64,000 nucleotides of DNA from an uncultured Bacteroidales bacterium (GTDB taxonomy: Bacteria; Bacteroidota; Bacteroidia; Bacteroidales; VadinHA17). This document shows positions 1 to 10,467 of this stretch, piece after piece. A program made the translations under genes and the position numbers. The notes below the pieces were generated by a model. That model made no database searches. It saw only the letters and a program-made list of their open reading frames with translations, and was not told where the DNA came from. How positions within the stretch are numbered: position 1 is the stretch's first letter; each line of letters begins with the position of its first letter. The stretch spans positions 41,259 through 105,258 of the forward strand of contig CAVTDE010000002.1 in assembly GCA_963733455.1 (NCBI GenBank). Reading direction: 5' to 3'.

Positions 1-8
1 CTGGTTTT

Positions 9-680
9 ATGATGTTATACTCAATCATCGTGGCCGGTGGTGCAGGAAGCAGGATGGGAACTAATATTCCCAAGCAGTTCCTCGAGCTTGCCGGTAAACC
101 GGTCCTAATGCATACTATTGAAAGGTTCAGGGCATTTGATGAATCGATTGAGATAATTGTCGTTCTGCCAGAGAACCAGCTTGAATACTGGGATTTTCTT
201 CAGAAAGAGTTCTCATTCTCAATTTCCCACACCATTATAACGGGAGGCAATTCCAGGTTTTTCTCAGTGAAGAACGGTTTACAGAGTGTTACGGATTCAG
301 GGTTAGTTGCGATTCACGATGGGGTCAGACCGCTTGTCAGCACTGCGACTATAAGGAGATGTTTCGATGCTGCAGAAAAATACGGGAATGCAATCCCTGT
401 GGTCACCCCGTCCGATTCTCTCAGAATGGTGACCTTGCAAGGGAGTGTCGCGGTTAACAGACAGGATATTAAAATCATACAGACTCCACAGGTATTTAAA
501 GCAGATCTTATTAAAAAGGCGTATCGGCAGGAATATACTGACGATTTTACTGATGATGCAACTGTCCTTGAAAAAACGGGTGAAAAAATTCACCTTGTCG
601 AAGGTAACCGGGAGAACCTGAAGATCACAAATCCGGAGGATCTTATTATTTCTGCAGCACTTTTAGCGCTCATTTCCTGA
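9..680 (+). CDS. ispD: 2-C-methyl-D-erythritol 4-phosphate cytidylyltransferase
   Basis: AGGAGSRMG..PKQFL N-terminal motif, HDGVRP and NLKITNPEDL motifs typical of IspD. Confidence 0.93.
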   Translation: MMLYSIIVAGGAGSRMGTNIPKQFLELAGKPVLMHTIERFRAFDESIEIIVVLPENQLEYWDFLQKEFSFSISHTIITGGNSRFFSVKNGLQSVTDSGLVAIHDGVRPLVSTATIRRCFDAAEKYGNAIPVVTPSDSLRMVTLQGSVAVNRQDIKIIQTPQVFKADLIKKAYRQEYTDDFTDDATVLEKTGEKIHLVEGNRENLKITNPEDLIISAALLALIS

Positions 681-726
681 CTTACATTCAAATTTGTATC
701 TTGCAGGGAATTTAAATCCTTGTGAT

Positions 727-1485
727 ATGAAAGTCAGGTATATTATGCTTGCTGGTGTAATTTTAATTTTTTCGGGATGTGCCGAACTGGTGAACGTCCT
801 TCAAACATCTGTAAATATTCCACTTACAGAGGCTGAGGTGGTCAGCGGACTTAAAGAAGCTCTGTCAACAGGTGCTAAAAATTCAGCTGCACGTCTATCT
901 GCAGAAAACGGTTATTTCGGAGATGCTTCAATTAAAATATTGCTTCCCGACGAAGCAAAGGTTATCGTTGATAACATCTCGCGATTACCCGGGGGTCAGC
1001 AGCTTGTCAATGATGCGATCCTCAGAATTAACAGGGCTGCTGAGGATGCCGCAAAGGAAGTTGCTCCGATCTTTGTTAACAGCATTACCCAAATGACAAT
1101 AAAGGATGCCTTTAATATCCTGAAAGGAGAGAATAATGCAGCTACAAATTACCTTAGAGCTACAACCTGGGACCAGTTGTACACACTTTACAAACCTAAG
1201 ATACAGAGTTCAACAGAAAAAAAACTAATCGGCAATATTTCAACGAAAGACTCCTGGATTGCTCTTACTGGCAAGTGGAACTCCGTCGCTAATTCGGTTG
1301 CAGGAAAGCTGGCCGGATTGAAACCCGTTTCGACCGACCTTGATGATTTCCTGACAACCAAAGCACTGACCGGCATGTTCTCAAAGGTTGAAATTGAAGA
1401 ATTGAAAATCAGGACAGATGTCTCTGCAAGAGTCACCCCATTATTGCAAAGGGTGTTTGGGTCTCTTGACAACAAGACCAATTAG
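727..1485 (+). CDS. DUF4197 family lipoprotein
   Basis: Start moved to the ATG at 727, which gives a signal peptide with lipobox IFSG-C; GLKEAL..GA, NRAAEDAA and LLQRVFG motifs fit DUF4197. Confidence 0.8.
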   Translation: MKVRYIMLAGVILIFSGCAELVNVLQTSVNIPLTEAEVVSGLKEALSTGAKNSAARLSAENGYFGDASIKILLPDEAKVIVDNISRLPGGQQLVNDAILRINRAAEDAAKEVAPIFVNSITQMTIKDAFNILKGENNAATNYLRATTWDQLYTLYKPKIQSSTEKKLIGNISTKDSWIALTGKWNSVANSVAGKLAGLKPVSTDLDDFLTTKALTGMFSKVEIEELKIRTDVSARVTPLLQRVFGSLDNKTN

Positions 1486-1499
1486 CAGTTCAGGTAAAG

Positions 1500-2630
1500 A
1501 TGTTTGAACGCAATATTGTGACGGAAGGCGGACTTGAGGTAAGGATATCTGATCATGCAAATGAAGGGATCCTTGAAATCCTGAATCAAACGATACAAGG
1601 TTCCGAAGGAGGGCTAAGATTTCAGCTTCAGAATATCGCTTCACGGATTGCAGCATATAAAGACCAGATCAGATTCGTCTCCCTTTATAAAAAGAACCAG
1701 ATCACAGGTACTATCGGTTCCTGTTACAGGATAACCGGCCAGGGTAACCTCAGGTATCCTTCTTCTTACCTGAGATATCTCGCAATGCAAACAACTTACC
1801 AGTCGGATCCCGGCTGGACAAAGAGAACGAAAGAACCCGCCCGACCTGAAAAGGAAGATTCTTTCAAACGAAAAACCCTTGAGATATTCAGCAAACCGCA
1901 TCTCCTTGATTATAAGAAATCAGAAGAGACAGATAAGCACCTTATGTATGCTTTTCTCGAAAGCATGAATGAACGGTCAAAAAACCTTGTAAACCAGGCC
2001 GGATACGAATATATAAGATCTTTTCTGACGGTGGCATTCAGCAGGTTTTCTCCGAAAACTGATACCAGGGTCTCCAAAATCAGGACGAAGGAAGAGAAGA
2101 CCAGAATGGAGTTACTCCTTAATGATTATTACAGGGATCATTCATTTTTCAGTACCGAATATGCATTCTATGGGGATAATTACTATGTTCTGAAAGAAGG
2201 GGAAGAAATAATTGCCGGTGTTAATTCTATCCCTTCAGTTTACAGGATCTATGATATGCCGGGCATCTGGGGCTGGGTTATAATGAAGATCCTTCCGGGG
2301 ACACCCTGGTTCAGAAGGTTATTTCATCCTCAGGAATTCAGACATATTGTTTTTGATGCCATCTACTGTAAAAAGGGGAGAGAAAAAGAGCTCGGCACCC
2401 TCTTTGAATCAATTTGCGCTACTGAGGGTTATTATACAGGACTTACCTGGCTCGACGACCACAGCTATCTCTTTGATAAACTAAGGACCGGTGTAAAAAT
2501 GGGTGCGCTGAACCGCATGCTGAATGCAAAACCAGGTTTAGTGTATGCACGTTTTTTAAATCTTACGGAAGAAGAAAAGGAGTGTTTTTATGATGCTCCA
2601 GCCTATATATCCGGATTTGATTTTTCGTAA
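1500..2630 (+). CDS. hypothetical protein, possibly tandem GNAT-like fold
   Basis: 376 aa open frame downstream of and co-oriented with the previous gene; no family motif securely recognised. Confidence 0.6.
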   Translation: MFERNIVTEGGLEVRISDHANEGILEILNQTIQGSEGGLRFQLQNIASRIAAYKDQIRFVSLYKKNQITGTIGSCYRITGQGNLRYPSSYLRYLAMQTTYQSDPGWTKRTKEPARPEKEDSFKRKTLEIFSKPHLLDYKKSEETDKHLMYAFLESMNERSKNLVNQAGYEYIRSFLTVAFSRFSPKTDTRVSKIRTKEEKTRMELLLNDYYRDHSFFSTEYAFYGDNYYVLKEGEEIIAGVNSIPSVYRIYDMPGIWGWVIMKILPGTPWFRRLFHPQEFRHIVFDAIYCKKGREKELGTLFESICATEGYYTGLTWLDDHSYLFDKLRTGVKMGALNRMLNAKPGLVYARFLNLTEEEKECFYDAPAYISGFDFS

Positions 2631-2728
2631 ATTATTAACGCCCGGCACCCTTCGCGCCTGCCCTTTGCCGGCAGCTTTTTAAAATCACTTACAGAGGTAC
2701 TGATGGCTATCAGGAAGGGGTGAACCAT

Positions 2729-4312
2729 TTATGTTATCCATGGACGAGTACGCACTTTTGCACCTGCGAAAGCTTCAAGAGCAATATTGACATCTTCAAC
2801 AATCTGAAAATCATACATCCCGAGGCACACGAAATCAGCTCCGTTGTTATATGCATATTTCAATCCTTGCTCAGGAAGCAAAGCCCCTGCAGCCAGTACT
2901 TTGAAAGCAATCCATGGCTCCCTGAGCGTACCCATGAACCGGATAGTTTCTTCAGGATCATAATCGAAAATGTTGTCCTTCCATTGATTTCCCGGCTGTG
3001 CTGACCAGTATTCATGATTATGGCATGTCTTTACCCAGAAATCAGGTTTCAGGCCATACTCCACACAAACCTTTATGGCTTCAATCCTGTGAGCTCCGAT
3101 CCCGGCAGGTTTTCCATGGCTGCGGATCTCTTCAAGACCCTTTCGGATCAGCTCCATCCTCTGTGCTACAGTTTTGCCTGAACCGTCATCATATTCCGGG
3201 CTGGTCCAGCGGTCGGTAATTTCACCCTGACAATAAAGTGCATCGGCTTCGGCGGCAAGCGACATCTCTATTCCTTTCTGAAAATCAAGAGCAATGCCGC
3301 AATCGGAAATAAACTTCATATTGCTGCGGAATTCCTGTTTGAACTTATGGAAAACCCTGCCGAGCTGCGGATTGGTAATAAGGGCATTGATGCCGCACTT
3401 TTCAGCCAGCGCCAGCGTCTGCATCACCTTTTCATCTGTATGGTAGGTCTTGACAAGTTTCGAAACATAAATAAGGTCGCGGGCATGTGCCCATCCGCCG
3501 ATCAGGTTTCCTCCGGCAATCAAACGGCTGAGTTCAAACCTGGCTTGCTGACCCGATTTGTCAGTGTAGTTAATATATCCTTTCGGGACCTGCCCTTTAA
3601 GGTCCTGAAGTGTCGAATAGTTGAATTTCAGTAGGGTTGCACCTGAATTGGCATCCATTCCTTTGACATTAAGTAGTCTTTCTTCAAAGCTGTCCCATTT
3701 TCTTTTCCTGTAAAGAGCATAAGCAAAGGCGCCAAAGGCCGGTACTGAAATCAGATTCCTGATAACCTCCCGGCGGGCAAGGCCTTTTTCGGAATCAGCC
3801 GGAAGATCGGCTACGGGGATATGGGCTTTTTCCTCCTTCCACCTTAAATACATCCTGTCGAGGCCGAACAGGTAGGCGGATGGAATAAACGCAAAAGCTG
3901 CCAGTACAAGTAACTCAATAAGGTTTCTGTTGACCCACAGGTAGCTTCCTTCTGACGGAACACCAAACATATAACCCGGTATGGGAGGGTAGGCAATAAA
4001 GTAGAAAAACAGCATTAGCGCACCACCGGCGGCTGCCCACCGTGAGAAGAGCCCAAGCATCAATCCCAATCCCACGAGGATCATTCCCCAGATATTCAGG
4101 AAATCAACAACAGCAACTACACCAGGACTTCCCGCCATTGAGTGGAACATTGGTGCGAAGATCCATTGCGATCCTGCAAGATAAGCTGCAGAGCTCCAGT
4201 TATCGGCCAGAAGCTTTGCGACTCCCTCATAAAGGAAATGCCATCCGATTGCAATTCTTACAATAACGAGCAACCAGATGTGAACCGAATTTAACCCGGA
4301 TTTTGATTTCAT
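2729..4312 (-). CDS. DoxX-family membrane protein fused to a C-terminal aldo/keto-reductase-like barrel domain
   Basis: N-terminal RIAIGWHFLYEG and ILVGLGLMLGLFSR DoxX helices; C-terminal SRLIAGGN, GIGAH and IAFKVLAAG resemble AKR-like oxidoreductases. Confidence 0.7.
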   Translation of the reverse strand: MKSKSGLNSVHIWLLVIVRIAIGWHFLYEGVAKLLADNWSSAAYLAGSQWIFAPMFHSMAGSPGVVAVVDFLNIWGMILVGLGLMLGLFSRWAAAGGALMLFFYFIAYPPIPGYMFGVPSEGSYLWVNRNLIELLVLAAFAFIPSAYLFGLDRMYLRWKEEKAHIPVADLPADSEKGLARREVIRNLISVPAFGAFAYALYRKRKWDSFEERLLNVKGMDANSGATLLKFNYSTLQDLKGQVPKGYINYTDKSGQQARFELSRLIAGGNLIGGWAHARDLIYVSKLVKTYHTDEKVMQTLALAEKCGINALITNPQLGRVFHKFKQEFRSNMKFISDCGIALDFQKGIEMSLAAEADALYCQGEITDRWTSPEYDDGSGKTVAQRMELIRKGLEEIRSHGKPAGIGAHRIEAIKVCVEYGLKPDFWVKTCHNHEYWSAQPGNQWKDNIFDYDPEETIRFMGTLREPWIAFKVLAAGALLPEQGLKYAYNNGADFVCLGMYDFQIVEDVNIALEAFAGAKVRTRPWIT

Positions 4313-4396
4313 AAATGGTCAGGATAATTTGTGGGTCTAAAAAAAAAAATTTATCGTGCAAATTACTAAGAAGTAAATTATAATTCAATAGGGAAT

Positions 4397-5164
4397 CTAT
4401 CTTTCCAGCAGACCTCCAAGAATGGAGCCTGCTTCTTTGCTTCTGTTTTTTCCCATCGGGGCGAGAGCACGGATAAGTTTGCGGATAGGCATTGACTGAA
4501 GCCAAACATGCCCGGTTCCCCTCATTGTTGCAAGGAATAATCCTTCACCGCCGAAGACCATTGATTTCAGGCTTCCTGTCGATTCAATGTTGAAGTCAAG
4601 TGTAGGTTCATATGCCACTACGCATCCTGTATCAATTCTCAGGGTCTCATTGTTAAGCTGGCGCTCAATTACTGTCCCTCCGGCATGGATAAAGGCTCTC
4701 CCGTCTCCCTCAAGCTTCTGAAGTATAAAGCCTTCGCCTCCCAGCAGACCTGAACCGATCTTCTGATTCAGCGTTACGGAGAGCTTTGTACCGAACGCGG
4801 CGCAGAGGAAACCGTCCTTTTGAACGATCAGGCTGTTGCGAACAGTTTTCAGATCGACAGGGATTATTGTTCCAGGATAGGGCGCAGAAAAGGCAACCCT
4901 GCTTTTAGCCGGGCCCTGATTTGTAAAATGGGTTAAAAAAAGTGATTCCCCGGTGATCAGCCTGGAACCTGCTGACAGCAGTTTACTCATTAGTCCCTGA
5001 TCAGGGGAGGAGCCGTCGCCCATTTTGACCTCAAAGGTTATGCCCTGTTCCATATAGACCATGGCACCCGCTTCAGCAATTACTGTTTCATTCGGGTCTA
5101 GTTCAATTTCAACGAATTGAATGTCTTCTCCGATAATTTTATAATCAATTTCATGTGATTTCAT
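4397..5164 (-). CDS. TIGR00266/AIM24 family protein
   Basis: [27 protein letters not shown] and VWLQSMP motifs; start placed at MKSHEIDY. Confidence 0.85.
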   Translation of the reverse strand: MKSHEIDYKIIGEDIQFVEIELDPNETVIAEAGAMVYMEQGITFEVKMGDGSSPDQGLMSKLLSAGSRLITGESLFLTHFTNQGPAKSRVAFSAPYPGTIIPVDLKTVRNSLIVQKDGFLCAAFGTKLSVTLNQKIGSGLLGGEGFILQKLEGDGRAFIHAGGTVIERQLNNETLRIDTGCVVAYEPTLDFNIESTGSLKSMVFGGEGLFLATMRGTGHVWLQSMPIRKLIRALAPMGKNRSKEAGSILGGLLER

Positions 5165-5315
5165 AATCTTGTGAATTAAGATTGGAATGATGGAATTTAT
5201 CACGGGGCTGCACTGAGTTTCACCTGGTAAGATACAGGGCTGACTCCGTTTTAACCCTGTGTAACTCAGTGGTTAAACATAGACGGAAGCATTGGCGATC
5301 AAAAAGCCTCTTCTG

Positions 5316-5390
5316 TGGGTTGTACTGGATTCGAACCGGTGACCCCTACCCTGTCAAGGTAATGCTCTAAACCAACTGAGCTAACAACCC
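5316..5390 (-). tRNA. tRNA-Val (anticodon GAC)
   Basis: Reverse strand reads GGGTTGTTAGCTCAGTTGGTTTAGAGCATTACCTTGACAGGGTAGGGGTCACCGGTTCGAATCCAGTACAACCCA: 7-bp acceptor stem, D arm, anticodon loop TTGACAG, T loop GGTTCGAATCC; CCA not encoded. Confidence 0.95.
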
Positions 5391-5482
5391 TTACTTGCCT
5401 CAAAAATAGTAAAATTCTTATAACTAATGGCAGGTAAAGTTAAAACTGATCCCTGTAATATACCGGACCTTTGTTTAAAAGT

Positions 5483-6145
5483 TTAATCCGGAATTGATAA
5501 GGCAACCTGGTTAATAAAGCTTGTCAGTTTCTGTTTATCAAGCTTGCCGTTAGTTCTGACGCCGCTGCAAACATCGACAGCAAACGGGTGGACTGCTTCA
5601 ATTGCCTGTCTGACATTTTCGGGTTTCAGTCCGCCTGCAAGGAATACCGGGCATTTTGAATGGTCACGGATCTTCCGGCTTAATTTCCAGTCGTGCACCC
5701 TGCCGGTTCCTCCAAGCTCCTTGATTTTAAGATATGGATTACCGCTATCAAGAAGCAATGCATCAACCTCACCGGAAATACTGACTGCAAAGTCAACTGA
5801 CTTTTCATCAATTACATGGATTACCTGGACTATCCTGATTGCGGGCAGAGCTTCCTTCAACTTAAGATAGGTACCGTTAGTAAGCTGGTCAACAATCTGT
5901 ATTGTGCTGGTATTAGTGCGTTGATGATGTTTTATTATCTCATCAACGGATGTTTCACTTGTCAGAAGGAATGTACTCACAGGCGGTGGCACTTTCCTGG
6001 CTATCTCCCTTATAAGGACGTCAGCAATAGGTCCGGGTCCGCTTGGCATCCTGGCCACAAGTCCAATAGCCGAAGCTCCCGCTTCGATTGCCATCATCGC
6101 CTCTTCAATACTGCTGATGCAGCATATTTTAATGCGTGGTTTCAA
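5483..6145 (-). CDS. trpF: phosphoribosylanthranilate isomerase (standalone copy)
   Basis: RIKICCI, LLLDSG, GGTG..HDW, FLAGGL and DVCSGV motifs. Confidence 0.82.
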   Translation of the reverse strand: MKPRIKICCISSIEEAMMAIEAGASAIGLVARMPSGPGPIADVLIREIARKVPPPVSTFLLTSETSVDEIIKHHQRTNTSTIQIVDQLTNGTYLKLKEALPAIRIVQVIHVIDEKSVDFAVSISGEVDALLLDSGNPYLKIKELGGTGRVHDWKLSRKIRDHSKCPVFLAGGLKPENVRQAIEAVHPFAVDVCSGVRTNGKLDKQKLTSFINQVALSIPD

Positions 6146-6317
6146 AATAATTTACAAAAATAAGTTAGGTACCCCATTATCAATATTACGGTCATTGCGA
6201 GGAGGAACGACGAAGCAATCCTGCAATTACAGGCACAAGGTTAATAAAAAGTGTTGCCTTTACGCCGTTACGCCGTTGCGCCTTTACGCCGTTACGCCGT
6301 TACGCCGTTGCACCGTT

Positions 6318-6890
6318 TCAATAATACTTTTCAATCCCTCCGAAACCCGAAATAAGTTTATTTTCCCTGGTTTTCTTCAGAAAATTACCAAGTCTTTTCT
6401 TAAACTCCTCAGGACGATTCCTTGCCCCTTCAATATAGGCAATTCGGATCCTTTTGTACGAATCGGAAAATTTCTCATAATTTTCCCAGGTAACTTTATC
6501 TTCTTTTAGAATATTGACAATGTCGGAAGGGAATACAAATTCTTCCCTGAGGATCTCCCTGACCAATTTTTCGACCGAAGGATGAATCATTTTCTTCTCA
6601 AATAACCATTTCAGCCTCTCTTTGTTAGCCTGGGAATAATCACTTCCTCTATTCCTTGGTGTAAATCGCTGTATGCTGTGATCCTTATCTAAAGTTCTGA
6701 CAGTACTGTCGATCCAGCCAAAACACAGCGCTTCTTCAACAGCATCGTTATATGGGATCCGAACTTTGCCTGTAGATTTTTTTGGATAGATTAGCCATAC
6801 CTCCGGCTTTTTGTTATAGTTCTCATTTAGCCAGACGCGCCACTCTTCCCTGCCCTGTACATAAAGAGTATTGTTCTCAGCCATACACAA
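6318..6890 (-). CDS. YdeI/OmpD-associated family protein
   Basis: WRVWLNEN, AVEEALCFGWIDS and FTPR..S.YS..NK motifs. Confidence 0.82.
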   Translation of the reverse strand: MCMAENNTLYVQGREEWRVWLNENYNKKPEVWLIYPKKSTGKVRIPYNDAVEEALCFGWIDSTVRTLDKDHSIQRFTPRNRGSDYSQANKERLKWLFEKKMIHPSVEKLVREILREEFVFPSDIVNILKEDKVTWENYEKFSDSYKRIRIAYIEGARNRPEEFKKRLGNFLKKTRENKLISGFGGIEKYY

Positions 6891-6948
6891 ACTAAGTCAA
6901 ACAGGATGACTGATCCTGTGACTCTCTGCAAGTTAATTTATTTCCAGG

Positions 6949-7350
6949 TTATCTCATTATAGGCTGGAGCAAACTTACCAGGTTGCCTTCGGTGTCAATG
7001 AATGAAATATACTTTCCGATCCCTGGTATATCCATAGGCTCACCCAGAACTTTGCCTCCTGCTTTGGTTACTTCGCTTACAGATTTCATTATATCATCAG
7101 TTCCAATTACAACAGAAGGATGCTGGGAGGGTGAATCCGGCATTTTTGGGAAAAACCCGCCATTAATAAATCCCGGAGTCTTAGGCATTCCCTTTTCATC
7201 AGTTTCGGAAGTTGATACTGTGACGTAGTTGCCCATATCTTCACCCAGCAGTTTGGCTTCCCATCCAAATACATTTGAATAGAAGTTTGCCATACGCTTC
7301 CTGTCCTCAGCTGGCATTTCAAAATGAATAACCGGATGCATTTTTTTCAT
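6949..7350 (-). CDS. VOC/glyoxalase family protein
   Basis: VIHFEMPA, FYSNVFGW, INGGF, AGGKV and FIDTEGN motifs. Confidence 0.85.
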   Translation of the reverse strand: MKKMHPVIHFEMPAEDRKRMANFYSNVFGWEAKLLGEDMGNYVTVSTSETDEKGMPKTPGFINGGFFPKMPDSPSQHPSVVIGTDDIMKSVSEVTKAGGKVLGEPMDIPGIGKYISFIDTEGNLVSLLQPIMR

Positions 7351-7377
7351 CTTCTTAAGTATTAAAGGTTTATAATT

Positions 7378-7761
7378 CTATTTATTTTCTGCTTCTAATT
7401 CAGTCTTTTTCAGGTTCTCCCGTAGCCTGAAAGTCACTATTCTGGCAATAAGGTCTGAAGGTAGCGGTTTGTCATATGGAAACTCAATTGCGCCTTTTGT
7501 AGTTTTATAACCTGCCAGCTCTTTTTTAAAATTCTCAACCGCTGTTGATGTCGGGTACAATCCTATATAATCAGGCTGGGCGTTAAAGTAAACCAGGACT
7601 CCATTATAATTAAATGCCGGCATCTGAAAAATGATCATTTCTTCTGCCATTGGTGCTGCTTTTCTTATTGCAGCCCTCACTTCTTCAAGTTTCTTTTGAA
7701 TATCAACCGGATACCTGGAAATGTATTCGTCAATATTTTTAGCGATGCCTCCTATTTTCAT
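7378..7761 (-). CDS. DUF1801 (YdhG-like) protein
   Basis: IDEYI, IRKAAP.AEE, YIGLYP, KGAIEFP...PLP..LIARIV pattern. Confidence 0.8.
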   Translation of the reverse strand: MKIGGIAKNIDEYISRYPVDIQKKLEEVRAAIRKAAPMAEEMIIFQMPAFNYNGVLVYFNAQPDYIGLYPTSTAVENFKKELAGYKTTKGAIEFPYDKPLPSDLIARIVTFRLRENLKKTELEAENK

Positions 7762-7962
7762 GGTTATGTTTACTTTAACAGCCGATTTCCATTTGTTATA
7801 GTTTGACTATATTGGGCTCCCGCATATACAAACCACAGTCAGTTCTATAACAAAGAAATCCGGAATTTGTTTCCAGTTTTTAATCACGAAAATTGAGGGT
7901 AATTGTTTATTTTAACAGGAGGAGATCCTATCCGTGAAAGTATAAAATGCAGGGAAAATTTC

Positions 7963-10356
7963 TTAGCTTTTTATGATAAGCTTTTGGGCAAAAAGAGTCA
8001 GATTTCCACAGCCTATTTCGACTATATAAATCCCCTGTCTGAGATCGAGGTGTATTTGAACATCGGGGGTACCCTGATTCATCTTTTCCTCAAAGACTAC
8101 ATTCCCCGACAGATTCAGTATCCTTATAATATCCGGATCGATAGTCAGATCATCTATATGGATATTGACATACTTATTTGCCGGATTGGGATAAATCTTT
8201 ACAGGGTTTTGTTCATAATCAGACGGATTGCGGTGTTTGTAGCCGAATATCTTAAATTCAGAAATATAGTTCCAGGTGTCAACTGAATTTGTATGCCCTA
8301 CCATCTTGACGTAATTGTACTCTCTTGAAGCCTTTGACGGAGGGAAATCGAATACCTGAAGGTCGCCCGAAAAAGCACAGGATGCTGATTTTATAAGTAT
8401 CGGCTCCCAGTTAATCTTATCTTCCGATCCGAGGATATCAAAATAAGCTTCCCGTTTTTGTCCTGCCTGGAATGCAACCTTAACGAGTTGTATGGTGAAC
8501 GATTCCTTAAGTTCCATGATGATCCACTGGTTGTCCCCGTTTGCTGACCATATTGTGCCTATATTCCCGTCAAGAATGTTATATGGGTAATTTGGTGTTT
8601 GGAAACCGCTTGCTTCAATACTTTTAATTTCAGCTACCTCAAGTTCAGGTTTATACGGCAAAATATCTACTTTAACACTTTTAGACTGAGTAATCTTCCC
8701 GTCGCTTACATTTAGTTTGAATTCAACTGTTTGAGGATCATTCAGAGCCGGACTCAGAAATTCAATCCTCGGGCTGTTTGTTGAGGAAACCGGAATATTA
8801 TTGGGTACTATCCAATTAAAGGTCAGGTTGTCACGATTAGTATCATAACTTCCGGTGGCATCTAACTCTGAAACGAAGCCGGACAGGCTGTTAGGTGGTG
8901 AGTTAATAACCACTACCGGAGGAGTATTAACGACAACTGGCGGCGTAATAGTAACAGGCGGCGTAACGGTAACAGGTGGCGTAACAGTAACAGGCGGTGT
9001 AACAGTAACAGGTGGCGTAACAGTAACCGGGGGAGCAACATATGCAACCCTGTTGGTCACAGGTTGCGAACTGACAGAAGCAGCCTGACCCCCTCCCGAA
9101 GACTGTAGCATATTTGCTGATGGCTTTGTATAGCTGATTGTCACTACATTCCCAAAAACAACAGGCGCAGCAAGTGTCAGAAGCACTTTCTTACCTGAGA
9201 CCGCAACGGAATTAATATTTCTTGTTACGGTATTAACTTTTACACTGAAAGCTGAAGTTGTCGGAACGACAGCGGCAAGCGTCAGGTCATAATTCATTTC
9301 GAGTATTGAAGGAGTTGCATTTTCGATGGAGGAGCCCTGATATACCGGTATTGGAGCGGGTGCAACCAATACCTCAGGATATATGATTGCTCCGACCTGC
9401 CATGTGGCGTTTTGATTTGTTGTTGCAGGTGAAGCGCCTGCTATCCATTTTGCAGATGTGGAGAGCCCTGTTTGCCAGACTGATCCCAGACTTGTTCCAT
9501 AATTTAATCTTGCCTTTGGAACAAATTCCACTGTATTTATGAAATTTGGATTAACAACAATGGAATGAGTATCGTAACCCAGAGCCTGCCATTGCGAAAA
9601 GGTTTTGGATGAACCATCAATTGAAAACACAGGAGCGCCCGATTCACAGTAGAATACATTATAATCACTTTCAAAATTTAAAAGGCATCCGCTTTCAATG
9701 GCTATATTAGGTATCTGGTATACAGTGTAGAAGATGTTGTTTTTTATTTTTGCCCCGGTTGATGGCGCCGGGATTCTCCGGTCGTGGTTCGCGTCAATAA
9801 ATATTATTGATCCTGACCTCTGATTTGAATAGAACGTATTATTGTAAACCCGCACACCGTTTATTCCCTTCATCCTGAGCGAAAGTTTTGAATTCCTCAC
9901 AATATTATATGCTGCGCCATATCCTGATGAATAAGTCATATTGGTTCCGGAATCTGTTCCCGATTTAAAGAGGATTCCGTAGGGTGTTTTATCGAGGTAA
10001 TTGTATTTAATGGTGTAATTAATATTATATCCCATGAACATCCCATGGGTTATGGATTGTGTATCCGTTCCATTCCAGGTGAGTTTGTTGCCAGTAATAA
10101 CTGTTCCGTCGATATTGTTATTAGTTGAGAGGGGAGTTTCATCGCCGGCCTGAATTAAGTAGCCGGTGGAATTCAATGAAATTATTATGTTATTTTTTAT
10201 TGAGACTTTAGCAGGAACTGCCCTTGAAATATTGAGTCCCTCCCAATAACCGGATGTAGTATTACTAAGTGAGGCTCCTTCCCTTAACAGCAGTATCTGG
10301 GATGGCAAAAGAGATGAATTTATTACTAGTAATATTAATATTACTGCCTTCTTCAT
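7963..10356 (-). CDS. T9SS-secreted multidomain protein (beta-helix-like, SwmB-like, Pro/Thr linker, PKD-like, F5/8 type C, CTD)
   Basis: Signal peptide; YNNTFY/NNIFY beta-helix repeats; SwmB-like AFSVKVN..VAVSGKKVLLTL; PPVTVT linker; NILDGNIGTIWS discoidin motif; KIYPNPA T9SS CTD. Confidence 0.8.
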   Translation of the reverse strand: MKKAVILILLVINSSLLPSQILLLREGASLSNTTSGYWEGLNISRAVPAKVSIKNNIIISLNSTGYLIQAGDETPLSTNNNIDGTVITGNKLTWNGTDTQSITHGMFMGYNINYTIKYNYLDKTPYGILFKSGTDSGTNMTYSSGYGAAYNIVRNSKLSLRMKGINGVRVYNNTFYSNQRSGSIIFIDANHDRRIPAPSTGAKIKNNIFYTVYQIPNIAIESGCLLNFESDYNVFYCESGAPVFSIDGSSKTFSQWQALGYDTHSIVVNPNFINTVEFVPKARLNYGTSLGSVWQTGLSTSAKWIAGASPATTNQNATWQVGAIIYPEVLVAPAPIPVYQGSSIENATPSILEMNYDLTLAAVVPTTSAFSVKVNTVTRNINSVAVSGKKVLLTLAAPVVFGNVVTISYTKPSANMLQSSGGGQAASVSSQPVTNRVAYVAPPVTVTPPVTVTPPVTVTPPVTVTPPVTITPPVVVNTPPVVVINSPPNSLSGFVSELDATGSYDTNRDNLTFNWIVPNNIPVSSTNSPRIEFLSPALNDPQTVEFKLNVSDGKITQSKSVKVDILPYKPELEVAEIKSIEASGFQTPNYPYNILDGNIGTIWSANGDNQWIIMELKESFTIQLVKVAFQAGQKREAYFDILGSEDKINWEPILIKSASCAFSGDLQVFDFPPSKASREYNYVKMVGHTNSVDTWNYISEFKIFGYKHRNPSDYEQNPVKIYPNPANKYVNIHIDDLTIDPDIIRILNLSGNVVFEEKMNQGTPDVQIHLDLRQGIYIVEIGCGNLTLFAQKLIIKS
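8939..9030. repeat. coding 18-bp tandem repeat x5 (PPVTVT linker)
   Basis: GGCGGCGTAACAGTAACA-like units varying at synonymous positions. Confidence 0.9.
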
Positions 10357-10459
10357 AAGCAGGGACTACAAAAATCGATTGACGAATGTACTATTAACGG
10401 ACAAAAACTGGTTTTATTTCAAAGTGGCGAATTACAAGGTTAGTTTTTATTCCGGACTG

Positions 10460-10467
10460 CAAAGATA
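10460..10467 (-). promoter_or_regulatory. Bacteroidota -7 promoter box (TATCTTTG) upstream of the T9SS protein gene
   Basis: Matches TAnnTTTG about 100 bp upstream of the start; short motif, so a chance match is possible. Confidence 0.5.

Noticed and set aside
5316-5390. tRNA-Val as the attachment site of an integrated island
   Set aside because: There is no integrase and no duplicated tRNA 3' end in the window.
8939-9030. 18-bp repeat as a member of the intergenic AACGGCG heptamer family
   Set aside because: The period is 18 and variation is at synonymous positions, so it is an ordinary Pro/Thr linker despite sharing the GGCGTAAC word.
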